A DNA stretch of 63,916 nt, filler included, from Collodictyon triciliatum (lineage: Eukaryota): the NCBI GenBank assembly GCA_043381765.1. It is 8 parts of 8 records of this genome, joined end to end, with 100 filler letters (N's around TTAATTAATTAA, not from the genome) between each part and the next. Parts side by side here need not be neighbours in the genome. Positions count along the whole stretch, not along the records: positions 26,615 to 35,376 come from JBHJMP010003291.1; positions 35,477 to 44,238 come from JBHJMP010003292.1; positions 44,339 to 53,095 come from JBHJMP010003295.1; 5 more parts are not named here. One strand, written 5' to 3'. Positions 29,310 through 45,036 of the stretch are shown piece after piece. Below the pieces are notes generated by a model. The model was not told where the DNA came from. It ran no database searches and worked only from the letters and a program-made list of their open reading frames with translations. Both the position numbers and the translations under genes were made by a program. Positions within the stretch are counted from its first letter, which is position 1, and each line of letters starts with the position of its first letter.

Positions 29310-29591
29310 ATGTCCGAGCGCAAGCCAGTCTTTAAGATCGTCGACATGACTGATGACATGCAACAAGACGCTGTGGACTGCGCCAGTCGTGCGATCGAGA
29401 GGCACGAGACCGAGAAGGACAGCGAAGTGAAGATCTCTCGAGACATCAAACAACACTTTGACTCTAAGCACAATCCCACGTGGCACTGCATCGTTGGTCG
29501 CGACTTTAGTTCCCACGTCACCCACGAAAGCAAAAACTTTATCTACTTTTACATCGGACAGACCGCCGTCCTTTTGTTCAAGTCCGGTTGA
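29310..29591 (+). CDS. DYNLL1: dynein light chain LC8
   Basis: [14 protein letters not shown]...[44 protein letters not shown]; 93 aa, intronless. Confidence 0.95.
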   Translation: MSERKPVFKIVDMTDDMQQDAVDCASRAIERHETEKDSEVKISRDIKQHFDSKHNPTWHCIVGRDFSSHVTHESKNFIYFYIGQTAVLLFKSG

Positions 29592-30010
29592 TCGGTGCCT
29601 TCACCGCAAGACATTCCCGTTTTCTTATTCGAGCTTCTAGAACATCGCCCCTTCATTCTCTTTCTCCCTTTCAGCGGCGCTGCCCGACAAGCTGATTCAT
29701 ATAACCAATAAATGAAACTTGCTCTGCTGTAAGCAAAAAAGCGTATCCCTCAAGTGATTCATGCAAGCGGCGCATTCGTTTCTTCAGCCTCTCTCTTGTG
29801 GCACTCAAATGGACGCGGTGATTGAATTCACTCGATAATCAAATTTGTTTGTTGACTTATTATTTTTGATTTATTGATTTATTGATTTGTTGATTTGTTG
29901 ATTTGTTGATTTGTTGATTTGTTGATTTGTTGATTTGTTGATTTGTTGACTATTATTTTATTTGTCTTTGTGTATTGATGAGGCAATGCGCTCGGCCGTT
30001 TCTTCCTGCC

Positions 30011-33000
30011 TTATAGTTTGGCCTTAGGCAAAGATAAGTATTCCTGCTGAATAAGCGGGCGGATGTTTTGCCCGTAGTACTGGACGACGCTGCCTTTGTT
30101 CAGGGGAACATTCTTTGTGGACTCCATCAGCGCTTTGTGGTACTCTCCGTCATAGCGTCCAAGGGCGGAGTTGAGGTAGTAATCAGAAAAGTTGAATGCA
30201 TCGACCAGCTGAGTTAGAATCGTGCGTTAGAAAAGATGCCGATTTTAGGCCTTTGCTGTCATATTCTCTATTATTTGGCAAAACTCTTGACAACCAACTT
30301 CTTTGGTGATTGAGCGTAATGAGGTTTAAGTCAGACATGTGGCTGTGGTTTAGGACTTACCGCAACAGCATTTGGGCGAATGTCATCGAGTAATTGGCGG
30401 GTAGCTTGACGGACATAGGAAGCCTATCGTCATAATACACAGAATGGATAAATTAATATCTCATGCTTTCTTTCTTTTTGTCCTTCTTGAACAAGGGCAG
30501 CAAAGAACAGCCCAACAACTTTCGAGAACTAATGGCTCAAATACACACAAACCTGCTCTTGAGTGAGGTATCCATCTTCGAGGAAATCGCCTAGACATTA
30601 TGTGTCTTTGTTATCCTTTACATTCTTTTTTTTTTTTTAAAGATTTATCTCAAATATACGATATTATGGTGCTCTTGAAATACATACATGACTGCAACTA
30701 CAAGTGTTATATAAAGTATTTTGTAGATATGTCAACTAGAGACGATGGATAGCTCTTACCAATCTCCTTCTCGAGCCAAGACAGCGCAAACAAATCAGAT
30801 AACTTGCGGAGTACGACTTGGACATTAGCCTGAGAACCGCACTCTGTTGTATAGCGATAAAAAAAAATGGCGCTTTATTTCCTTCGAAAAGTAAATATAT
30901 AATAACGATGTTGGTGTCCTTTTATGAGAGTGATACCTCTAACACCAGTAACAAAGCTCTCCACAATAACGGCAAAGCAATGGGCACGAGAAGCTCTGGC
31001 AATTTCGACCAAGGACTATCAAGCCATTTGATTCAAAAAAAAATTGACAAGCATGTAATTGTATCTTGTTGTCATTCAAGTATGCACATAGACAAGATAT
31101 GATGAATTCATCTTGGGTGAAGAGGAAAGAAGAAGAAAATATACAAATAATACATATGCATACATAATTCCATGCTTCTGCAGGTGTCTTTCCAGCCCCA
31201 ATATATTCTTGGATAGTGTTTCCAACCTCAATAACGAGTCGTGTGGCTCGGTGGCGATATGCTTGATGTTTGATCCAACTTAACCAGGGCTTGAATGATT
31301 CAAATATAAACACTAAGGCATCTCAATACATATTATAGGCTGTACCTTTTAATTGACGAACAGGACATAGAAAATCTTCAGCGCTTGTGGCATCGCATCG
31401 GTCCTCTGAAAGGTTGGGAGCAATCTGGATGCGGTGATTGCCCAGGTGGCAAAAAGGGTTACATAAGTACGACCAACAATAATTTGGAGCATTTAGGGGA
31501 TATGAAACAGAGCAGGGTGATGAAGCTTCTTAATTGAATAATATCTTTTTCGGAAAGAGACAAGATGGCGAATGAAACCTGAAGATATGCAACACTTCCC
31601 GTAGGTGTCTTCCCCTCCAAGGAACCCTGCAGGCTGTGTTGGTAGAAGAAGAAGAAAAAACCATGATGGCATGTTCTGTGTATATTCTCAACGGACTACG
31701 ATTGCAAAGGAAAGTGCATTACTAGGAATTATTAACATACGCTTTCACCAGGAAGCGGGTAGTTTGTTGTGTTAGCAGATAGTTGTCTCCCTCGACCGTG
31801 CAGCTCTACGGGAAATTTTTTTTTATGAGGAATGGCTCGGTATCACATACACCTCTCCTGCATCTAATTATTCTACCCTAGTATTTAACAAACAAACATA
31901 CATACATACATACATACATACATACATACATACATACATACATACAAACAAACAAACAAACAAACAAACAAACAAAACAAAACAAACAAAACAATCATTT
32001 CAAAATAACTTTACCATGACATAATTCCCGAATAAGTCTGGGAGACTGCATAAATAGTACGAAAATTGAAAGCAAGGCATTTAGCTCAGTTGATTCGTCA
32101 CAAGACAATAACACTATTGAAATCATTAAAGGAGGAAGCAAATCCAAAAATGCAAAAGAAATTTTATGTCTTAATGCTTCAACCCGCTAGCTTTCAGATA
32201 GCCGTGACCACCACAAGCCTTTCGGCATTCTTCAATACCGTCAGCCGCAATAGTTGTAGTCAGGCTTTTGAGACCACTGCTAGTTGCGTGCACCTGAGTG
32301 ATCAAAATTTTTAGCATTATGGCGGCCAAAATCTCCGTATGAAGAGCAAATTATCCAAGGTGAGTGCGCTTCAAGACAGAAAAAAAAAGGTCTGATAGAT
32401 AAATCCTGATATTAGGTTGTTTTTTTTTTTTTTGGTTTCTTTTTTATATTTTCTTTCCATTCCTTTAAAATAAAATAAAAACATATTTAACGCCAAAAGA
32501 TAAAAGGGAAATGTGGAATTAATTCGATGTGAGAATACGCGTCCAAAAAAGTTTATGTATATATCTTACTTCAGGTAGGTCAGAGAAGTCATTCTGATTC
32601 ATCTTGCTGCGAAGACTCTCATACATCTTGACCATCGCTCTGATTGGTTTGTACAATTAAACTGAGTGAAATGCATTCAAATAATCGGTAACTTTAGCAA
32701 ATTAAAGAAAAGTTTAATAGAAATAGATAGGGATGCAGGTGTAGATTCATATTTCGAAATGCTAGAGAAAAGGCTGTTGCATATATATATAAATAAAGGA
32801 GAAAAAACCGAGTTTACAGTCATTTGAAAAATAAATTCGTATATGGAAGGAAAATGAATCACATATAACTTACTTTCCGGTAAAGAAGAGAGCGTAAACA
32901 GAAGAAAGAAGCGTGAAGAGGCGGTATTGTTGCATCTTGTACTCAATAATCTAATTGGTTTGCTCATTTTTAGACTGGTATGAAGTTTTCATTTAGGAAT

Positions 33001-34453
33001 TCACAGGTGTGTAGTCCTCACCGAAGGGCCTCCCTGGCGACGGACAGCTGAATAGCGAATCCCGATTGTGACAGCCTTAGCCAAAGAAGTAGATGAATTG
33101 AATACAATCCCAGCTCTGACTCCAACCTAATGTAATCAAAAGCTTACATTTTTATTTGCACACTGTTTAGGTAGATAAAATGAAAATGTACATTAAAAAC
33201 TAGAGCAGTTAGGGTTCCATTATCTACCAATTGAATTTGAGTTACCATAGTTCCGTATGCCATCTTGCTGTGCGGAGGTTTCTCGTATGTCCCATCCCGA
33301 TGAACTTTCGAGTATTTCATGAGCATGTTTCGACGGGGGATGCGAACTTGGTTGAACGAGCAGAAGCCATTGTCGTTGGAGTCTGTTCCAAACTTGGGTC
33401 CAATATCACCCACTATTGCCCAGATTGTGCGAGGGTGATATATTTCATAAGAAAAATTGGGAACTAAGCTATTTTATCGTTTTTGGCCTTTTTTCACATT
33501 GTTTCCCTTAAATAAATTGAAGTGAACGGAAAGCAAGACTCCATGGATAACAGAAAAGAGAGACTCATGAAATGCTTACCGGTCACTCCTGCCATCGGTT
33601 CGTGGTTTTCAAGCGATCTCAGCTGGACCAAGAATGCGTGGACACCGTAGTCTTTTTCACCGATAACAAGGCGAGCATAAACAACAGAGTGCGTGCAAGT
33701 GCGACCCATACATCCCGGCCACCTGTAAATTTAATTATCTAAGTTCAAAGGGGAAAAAACAGTACATATGTATTATCTTAGACAATCCAAAATAGAATGT
33801 CGAACAAATCAAAAAGGGTACTGATTCAGGAATTGTGTAAGAGGGATGGAATACATCATCAGTATTTGTTAGGATATAGAAAGGCGGTATGTAAGAAAAT
33901 ATCGTTACCACTTAGTAGCTTCCAAAGTGGGAGTGTGGATGATGAACTCATCAGTTGCACCATCAAAAGTCGCGGTTGTTTGAAGAGCACTCACTTTGAG
34001 AAAGAAAGAAAAAAGGCCAGGTGGATGCGATTACGAAAATGAGATATGGCAATTGACGTTGAGATGGTTGTTAAAATGAATTTTCAGGCTTGATAGTGTA
34101 TTACTCAAACATTCCAAATAGTGATGGTAAAGGTTTTGTACTTTAACTGAAATCAGTGGTGAAATAGAGTTTTTTAAAGATAGTCATAAATATACCATTT
34201 GAACCAATTGAAAGCTCCGTCTGGCCATATGACCCGATAATTGCGTAAGAACGGGCTAGGGGAAGCCATTTGGCGGCCTGTTCATCATCGCATTGTCCCT
34301 CGAGGTTTGGAACAAATACATTATCGTGGAGGAAAATCTGCCAAAATTGTATATTAGTTTGTGGCAATTATGAAGTATTTTGATCTAATATAATATATGA
34401 GGATGCCCGTTGCAGTCATTTTCGTTGTTTCTTTTTTTTCTTGTTATTTTACT

Positions 34454-34515
<62 letters not shown>

Positions 34516-35072
34516 AACCAAACTATCCATAAATTATGAGGTGATTAATAAACCGGGGTATTTAATAAATCTCTGGAAGGTTAAAGTCTATCATTGATAA
34601 TGTTATCACAGGAAGCGTTTCATCCAGCATGGATTTGAGAATCATCATTTCGTTGTCATTCAAAGAGTAAATATGGCGCAGCTCGTGGAGTCTCTTGATC
34701 ATCTTAAGTCCACGCTCGTATCTGATGAGCAGTTATTTCAACCATTTGACTCAGTAAATAGATGTATTTATGAATGAGATGTTTTAATGGAGAAAAGTAT
34801 ATAGGGTATGTAAGCCATATCTATCGAAGAAAAGAAAAGCTTATAATTAAAAAAAAAGTTGAATAGGTTTAATACTTTTCTTCGCGGCTGAGAAAGTTAA
34901 AGTTTGCACGACAAAAAGCGGGCTCTGAATCAATCAGCTTTGAAAACTTCTCTTTAAGCTCCGTTACATCTTTTCCTCCATCTAGAATGTAAGTTAAAAG
35001 GCGTGGACAGAAGGTTGCGCCAGCACGTTCGCGTTGAAGATCTTCACTCGGCGTAATTTTCTTTTGGGCCAT
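30011..35072 (-). CDS. ACOX1: peroxisomal acyl-CoA oxidase, many exons
   Basis: [64 protein letters not shown]; catalytic [17 protein letters not shown]-terminal PTS1 -AKL* (TAA 30011-30013). Confidence 0.95.
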
Positions 35073-35476
35073 TTTTTCTTTTCAACCTTTCCTCTGTTTA
35101 GAGTCATTTAGCTTTTTGCTTTGGTTTGAGATAATGTCTTTGGAAGGGTTTCCCGTTCAAAATCCAGTGTTTCGGACGCGCAAAACAGAAAATGAAAAGA
35201 AGGAAGGGATGGATTTGTCTGATATTTAATTCTTTGCAATAGAAAAGAAATCTTCACCTCTATCAAGGATAATAAAATTGACCTTACATTGTTTTTTTTT
35301 TGTTTTTTTTTGTTTTGTTTTGTTTTGTTTTGTTTTGTTTTGTTTTGTTTTGTTTTGTTTTGTTTTGTTTTGTTTTNNNNNNNNNNNNNNNNNNNNNNNN
35401 NNNNNNNNNNNNNNNNNNNNTTAATTAATTAANNNNNNNNNNNNNNNNNNNNNNNNNNNNNNNNNNNNNNNNNNNN

Positions 35477-35518
<42 letters not shown>

Positions 35519-35910
35519 TTTTTTTGTTGTTGTTACGTTTCTCTATTGCCACTTTATCAGGGCGTTGTAGCCTCTGAAGCCTGCCCAATCACAACGTGGC
35601 CTTCATCTGAGAAAAAAAAAGAAAAAAGAAAAAGAAAAGGCTAAGGGCTCGGCTGATCAAAACGGGACTCTTCCTCAATCTTACAAGATTTGTCCACTCT
35701 GCATTTGACCTTGCCTTTAACCCACCAAAACTGGTGACTGGGAGTTTTGTCAAACATCCCTTATTCAAAAAGCCAGTAAAATTCATGAGAATAAGATTTG
35801 ATAAATACTCTTGCGCCTACTGACAACAGTTCAACAGGAAGGATCAACCACCTCGCAAGACTTCCAAGGTCCAGCGCAAGACTTAGCAAACAAGAAAAAC
35901 AGGTCATAGA

Positions 35911-38479
<2,569 letters not shown>

Positions 38480-38921
38480 ATCGCAGGGCTCGGACACACG
38501 CATTTGCAAAGGTGGCGAAGTGAAGCGGCTTTGCCTTTTCCACCAACTACTTGCCTTTTTTTTCTTCTTCCTTTCCCTCCAACCCTTTTCTTCTTATTCT
38601 CTCCCTCAAACGCCTTCCTCGCCTCTCACCACCGACCCCAAGTGTCGCGGATTATTAAACCCACACAGGCCCGGTCATTGTCGCTCAGCCGCACCCCTTT
38701 CGAATCCACGGCGCTCAGAACGCTCCCTCGCTCGACCGATTGAACACATCGCAGGGCAGAATAAACTCAGAGAAGAACGGTTGCTCAGTCGAGGCACAAA
38801 CTCGAACAAGTTTAATGGGGGTTGAGCATGACTTTATTATTATTGTTTTTTTTTTTTAAAAAAAAAGTATAAGAATACTTTGATATGAGAACAGACAGAC
38901 ACAACACCAGAGAAACATGTC

Positions 38922-41600
38922 CTACATCTTCGAGACGATTCTTTTCTGGTGCCCCATGGACGATGACTGCGTCGCGTTGGACACGCTCTCCACCAGCCGC
39001 GCAAGAGACGGAGGCGCCTGCAGTAACTGCAACAGAGCGCGCAAGTCGTCTGAATCGTTGTATATGTGGAAGGAGATGCGGAGATACAGCGCCCCGTAGA
39101 GGAGTTTGACAGGAACTTCAATGCGGCCGATGTAGTGGAGATAGTCTTGGATGAGCTTGGCGTGCTCCGAGCGAAACGCGTTTGCAGGATATGGAGATTG
39201 ACAAGCTTCCATGATGGCGCGGGTGCGGTCCTCCGGGATGGCGAGACATGCCATCCACCCACACCGAGCCAGGGGTACAAGCCATGTTGTGTTGAGCCCC
39301 GCTCGCAGAATGCGGTCGGCCTCCAGCTTCAAATCCTCGATGTATCTTCGCACAACGTCAACGCCCAATCCAGTCCAGAAGCGCATGGCTGCGGATAGAG
39401 ACAGGGCACTGCTATAGTCCCTGGTTCCGTCCCAGATGAACTCGCTCAGGAAGCCCTCGTGATACCTGGTGGGTAGTAGGTCGTGAAGTGATGAACTTGT
39501 ATCTTTATGTGTGTGTGTAGTATGTATGTATGTATGTATGTATGTATGTATGTATGTATGTATGTATGTATGTATGTATGTATGTATGTATGTATGTATG
39601 TATGTATGTATGTATGTGTTTAGGCTGTAGCGCTGGCTCCCGCTCTACTTTGTCCTTGATGGTACAGGTTGGGATTGTGAATCATTTACCCGTGTGATGC
39701 CAGAACATGATGCAAGGATGGCTGTAACTCTTTTTTGACGTACAGCAAGCCGACGCCCTATCGATTTTATGCATACAATCTTACAAATTCAGGGCTATGA
39801 GGAATTTTGGTGTACAATTAATACGTTTGTTTGTTCACGTAGAGATTAAATTACAGTCTTATTTATTTATTTTTTGTTTTGTTTTTGGAACAGTGATAAG
39901 CGCAAGTGCTTGTGAGGAACTCGAAAAAGAGTGAAATAAACCTTTGCAGAACAAAACCATTTATGACAGTTTGTAATGTAGTAGTCCGCTCCGAGTTCTT
40001 CGAGATTTAGTGTCGTGCTTAACAACCCATGGGCACCATCGATTAAAACCTCAATCCCATGCTCATGACACAACTCAATCAGTTCTTTGATGGGCAGTAC
40101 CACAGCTAAGAAAATGCCGGTAAATTAATGAGTATTGATTACAGCTAATTGTACCTAGACTTAGTTTAGTGTCTATCGATAGGTAATAGTTTTCATGGTT
40201 TTTTTTCTTCCTTTTTGATAAAGGCACGCTTTATCCAACGTTTTTAAACCTGTGTTGCTTGTGACATGATCAAATACGGCTAGACGGCACTTGTGTGGTA
40301 AATTGTTTCTCACAAACTCTAAGATTGTATCTTCTCGAGCCAAACTGTTAAAGTTGATTTCATTTTCTAAGCGATATATTTCCGTACTTAAATTATTCCA
40401 AGAAAAAAAATATATGAAACGAATGGGATGAAGAAGAAAATAAGAAACACTAACAAACAGAAAAGCTGAGCAGAATAATTGAGGAGAAATATCCAATTTA
40501 GTTTCATCATAGTATTTTATAAACATTACACTATTTATTCGCCAGTGAGTCATGACGAAAGAGTTCATGCTTTGTACAGGAGAAGAAGAGAAAGGAGAAT
40601 AGATAGACATCTCTACCTTTGAAGAGGTATATTGCCTTCGATATATTCTGCATTCTTGGAGCGACAGGTGAGCTTTAAGAGCTTTTTAAGAGATCCGTAG
40701 GACACGTCTAAGGCGAAAACCGAATCTCCTTCTGCCAATTGAACAGAACTGACGTATTTGTACACAAGATTACACAGCAACATGCAGTAGACCAAGCACA
40801 TTGATTCTCAAAGGAATGCATATTGAAAGGATTACGTTTTAAAAAAAAAACATACAAAAATATGAATCAAAGTACGAAAAATAAACAGATAAAAAAAGAT
40901 AGACAGATAGATAATAATTATCAGCGGCTACCTAATGACGGCATTGAAACCACTGGTTGCATTCTGCACAAAAACAATGTTTTGCGGATCTGAGCCAACA
41001 AATGAACTGATTTCTCGCAGACTGCGGACCATGTGTGGGAAAAGCTTCCGGTCAATCATGCGCAGCGGCTGCTCCTCTGTGTAGACGCGCCAGCGCTCGG
41101 CAAGGGCCATGACGGGCTTCAAAGAAGCTCCAAAAGCGCCGTGGTTCAGGAAAGTGTAGGACTGGTCCAGGAGGAAATGCTTTGCCAGCCCTTTTTTCCC
41201 CCACTCGCCAACCACCTGTTTGAAAAGTAACGTCTTGATGTTCAGTTCCCACTCGTGGCGGTCGGGCAGTATCTTCTTTTTTGTTCCTTATTTACTGCAG
41301 TTATCGACTTATTTTGTTCTGCCTATTTCCCAAGATGACAAAAAACAAAGATATGCTTTTTCGTTAACAGATGAAGACGCGAATCATACTGTTTACAAGG
41401 ATATAGAGAAAAAAGAATACATGGCAGGGGTCGTCCTCTATCCACTCAAAGGGCAAACTAGGAGGGACATATAAACTCTTTGGAATTTTTATCAGGTCTT
41501 CGACATTATCTGAGTGGAAGGAGCCAAAACCCTTGTATTGCGACCCGCCCGCAAGGGATTCGACCCAGGCTTTTGCATCAGGGGCTAACGGCTGATCCAT
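38922..41600 (-). CDS. class V PLP-dependent lyase (Egt2/L-cysteine desulfhydrase/isopenicillin N epimerase family), multi-exon
   Basis: FLNHGAFGA; FVQNATSG; FDHVTSNT; LIDGAHG; YYITNCHKWFCSAK (PLP lysine); FIWDGTRDYSA; YLRISFHIYN. Confidence 0.88.
39521..39617. repeat. (TATG)n microsatellite, intronic
   Basis: Directly visible. Confidence 0.95.
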
Positions 41601-43101
41601 TACTTGTTCTGTTGGAGTGCTGAACAGATTTTTTTTTTTTTTTTAAAAAAAAAAAAGGGGGTTGCAAGTAGAATGCTGTTAGCTAATTGAAAAAAAGGTA
41701 GTTCGCTGCTTCTACAAAATGTTTCGGGGGTAGAGGATTGTGCGGAAAGTGGTTTGTTGTCATCCAAGTGTCTATGCCACTGTAGTATTCCAAGAACCAC
41801 AACCAAAGTTCTGGAATGTTTTGATGGCAATTGGTGCATATTTTCACCGCCAGAATCACTGGACAAACACAAAGTAAATGAATAGGTAGTAAATGATTAT
41901 TAAGGAAACCTGAATTCTCTGTGTCCGTGGACGCGAGTAATTGCGGGGCAGTGGATGGTACGGAGAGTCATACAACAAGCATGGGAGAAATGTTGATTGT
42001 TAGGAATCGAAATTGTAAAGTATAGGAGTGTTATAGTTGATGTAATTTCTGTCGGGAGTGGAGTAGGCATGCATGAAAAATCATAATTCCACATGAAACG
42101 GCCAGCTCCCGTCCCTCATGTTTCCCTGCCAATAACGAGTGACATAGAGCAGATATTCGTTGGGACTTCGCCCGCCTCGATGACGGTATGAGGACGAGCA
42201 GCATTTCAATAAGGAAGCATCAAACAGGATAAGGTCATCATTCTATCAATTGTCTCCATTTTGAAAACTATTTCTTCAATATCTTTTTGAACTATAAGAA
42301 AACGTATCATGGTAAACGAAAGTCTTTGTGGTAGTAACTATGCTTTGAGTTATTGATTTCCAGTCCGTAAGAGGGATCACACTTGTATAATACTGTAAAT
42401 TTTGGCATATTTAATCTTATCTTTCTATATTGAAACAGTAAAATTCAAGGAAAAAAAAAGTGGCCGGCATGGCCATGCAATACTAAAATTATCCATTTGA
42501 AGAATGACCAAAACATCCGACTTTGACTTCACTATGTCTCTCTTTCAAAAAAAAAACATGAATCAATGATGGGTCTTGTATTGATCGATTCACAGATATT
42601 CATGTGTATTGATTTTGGCTCCGAGGACACTGACATAGACCTTATACAGGATTGATATTCATATTTCGTATCATCTATTAGTGCACATGTCAAATGATAC
42701 TTTAACTAGTCTTTTTCTGAAATTCTCTTTTTAATTATCAGTCTTGCCCTTAATGTGGTTATTCCTTTTGAAAATTGAAGCGAAAAATGAAAATTTATTT
42801 TTTCGTTCTATTTCTTCTAAACTTGAAGTACAACAAAAAAAAATAACTAGCAGCGATATGATACTATGTAGTCATGGTGTGTTTCGGCGTTGCTTATGAG
42901 GTTTTGAATTATTTGCTTCTTTCTTATACTCTAGTTATGGTATTATGCTTGAAACTGATGATCGGTTGCCTTATTCTGTCTCATTTGTCGTAATGAAGGA
43001 AGAAGGTTGTGACGGGATGAGCAATTGATCGTCAGACAAAACTCCATCGAAATTGCCCTTACCTTGACACACAGAGCAACTACAGGATAGTCACTTAAAG
43101 T

Positions 43102-43473
43102 GTTCAAAATGAAAAGGGAACTTCCAACCTTTCTAGGTTATATGGCACTCTCCTTACTTAACAAGCTTTCACCCCGGTTTAACTCAAACACCAAAGTCGG
43201 GCGAAGGACACGAATATTCTGAGCGAGTCACTGTCAGGGCGGAAACACGGTGGGAATCATTCTACGGAGAGGGTATCGACGCAGCAACAACTTTCTGGTT
43301 GCTGCGACTTCTTATTCTCCGAGAGCCTTTCGGCAAAAGGGACGAGGAATTGGTGGGATCTCGTCCCTCGAGAATGTGGGGGGTTTCAACGACTTCGATT
43401 TTGCTTACCAATGCCTTTGCAGTCCGCCGACTTTGAAGCTGGCCTCGCCTCGCAGCTGGAGTGGGTTCTGAAC
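43102..43473. ncRNA. candidate structured non-coding RNA (RNase P/MRP-like topology if read on the minus strand; identity unproven)
   Basis: Nested complementary pairs: 43192-200/43427-35, 43258-63/43371-76, 43265-70/43316-21, 43280-88/43298-306, 43325-27/43332-34, 43338-46/43360-68, 43102-09/43466-73. GC-rich island in an AT-rich interval with no recognisable gene. Confidence 0.5.
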
Positions 43474-45036
43474 TGTCTTTTCTTTACTTTGATCATGACA
43501 CAGTCGACGGGAGCTGAGCGAACTGATTCATCTATTTAAGCCGCCTTTGGAACGCTTCGATGGAATAATACAAAGAAAATGTCTTTAGTAACACCCTTAT
43601 GAAAGAATGTTCTGTGATGTGGTTATTCTCTGCAGATACAATTAATATTATATTAATTATATAATATATACTAATAACTACAAAAATAAATATTAAGGTA
43701 GATTAAGTAATATTATTATAAATTCCATCTTAGAGCAATCACAAAACCCAGATATTGCATTTGTCCACAGACCTGTTTCGTAATTTCGGGGTATTCAGAC
43801 GGTGAAACACACGAACATACAAGACAATTGAGTTTTTTTTTTTTTTTGTGTGTGAGAGGAGCAGCGACGGATGGAAAAGATTGAAGCGAAAAGATATGGA
43901 AGCAAATGAAAAACAAGATAACGCGGGGCGTAAAACAAAACGACGAACAGTTTCAATTTGCGCAATCCACACCGATCGACAAGGCCGCCTCGTTTTGTTT
44001 CTCCATGCTGCCTTGTCTTGTGCGGGTTGCTGTATTTCCAGTCGGCACATTTGTCCTGGCAATAGATCTTCCGGCTGGAAATAATTTGTTTATAAGGCTG
44101 CGGTTCGACAAAAAACCTAAGATCAAAATAAGAAAATATCAAAACAACAAAACAACAAAACAACAAAACAACAAAACAACAAAACAACAAAACAACAAAA
44201 CAACAAAACAACAAAACAACAAAACAACAAAACAACAANNNNNNNNNNNNNNNNNNNNNNNNNNNNNNNNNNNNNNNNNNNNTTAATTAATTAANNNNNN
44301 NNNNNNNNNNNNNNNNNNNNNNNNNNNNNNNNNNNNNNAGAAAAAAAGAGAAAAAAGAAAAAGAAGAGAAAAAAGAGAAAAAGAGAAAAAGAGAAAAAGA
44401 GAAAAAGAGAAAAAAAGAAAAAGAGAAAAAGAGAAAAAAAGAGAAAAAAAGAGAAAAAAAGAAAAAGAAGAGAAAAAAAGAGAAGCAAGAAAAGAGTAGT
44501 TTAGGAGGAAGTGAAAGAAGGGAAAGGCTTAGCCCTCTTTTGAGTTCCGTCAAAAAACGAACCGATCACTCACCCTCTCGCTCACTAAAGCAAAGCAAAA
44601 GCCGCTCATGTGTTTCCCTTCTTTCTGTTTTAATCCATAAACCGCATACTTCCCTGCGCCAGAAACCTTTTCCATCACAAACCACAAAACCAAGACACAA
44701 AACACTGCCCTCTAATTTAAGAAAAGAAAAGAAAAGAAAAGAAAAGAAAAGAAAAGAAAAGAAAAGAAAAGAAAAGAAAAGAAAAGAAAAGAAAAGAAAA
44801 GAAAAGAAAAGAAAAAGAAAAAGAAAAAGAAAAAGAAAAAGAAAAGAAATGTGGTGGGCGATAGCAGTCTCTGATAACGATTTGGTAAAAGACAAAGAGC
44901 TAAGGCGTAAAATATAGTACATAATATATCAAAGTTTTCTGCCGCTTCTTTTTCCCCCGCGTCACTTATTCCGGCCTGATCAGGTTCGAAGAAAGCAGAA
45001 GGCGTGAGAAAACCACATCAAAACAAAAGCGTGACG

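Noticed and set aside
32951-33021. Possible in-frame TAG (recoding) in acyl-CoA oxidase: GGPS|SKNEQTN*IIEYK using the acceptor at 32975
   Set aside because: A 71-nt GT-AG intron ending at that TAG gives an open frame (GGPS|IIEYK), though it shortens a normally conserved loop. TAG is a real stop at 38477-79 and 47116-18. cDNA would settle it.
41700-41915. (G)DSGG serine-protease-like motif on the minus strand
   Set aside because: The likely splice gives SDSGG, no His/Asp catalytic motifs are nearby, and no gene model could be supported.
43380-43430. Group I intron R/S-like words (TTCAACGACT...AGTCC) and U3/telomerase readings of the structured element
   Set aside because: No pairing P4 (P/Q) partner, no host exon, no U3 box A/C set and no convincing telomere template.
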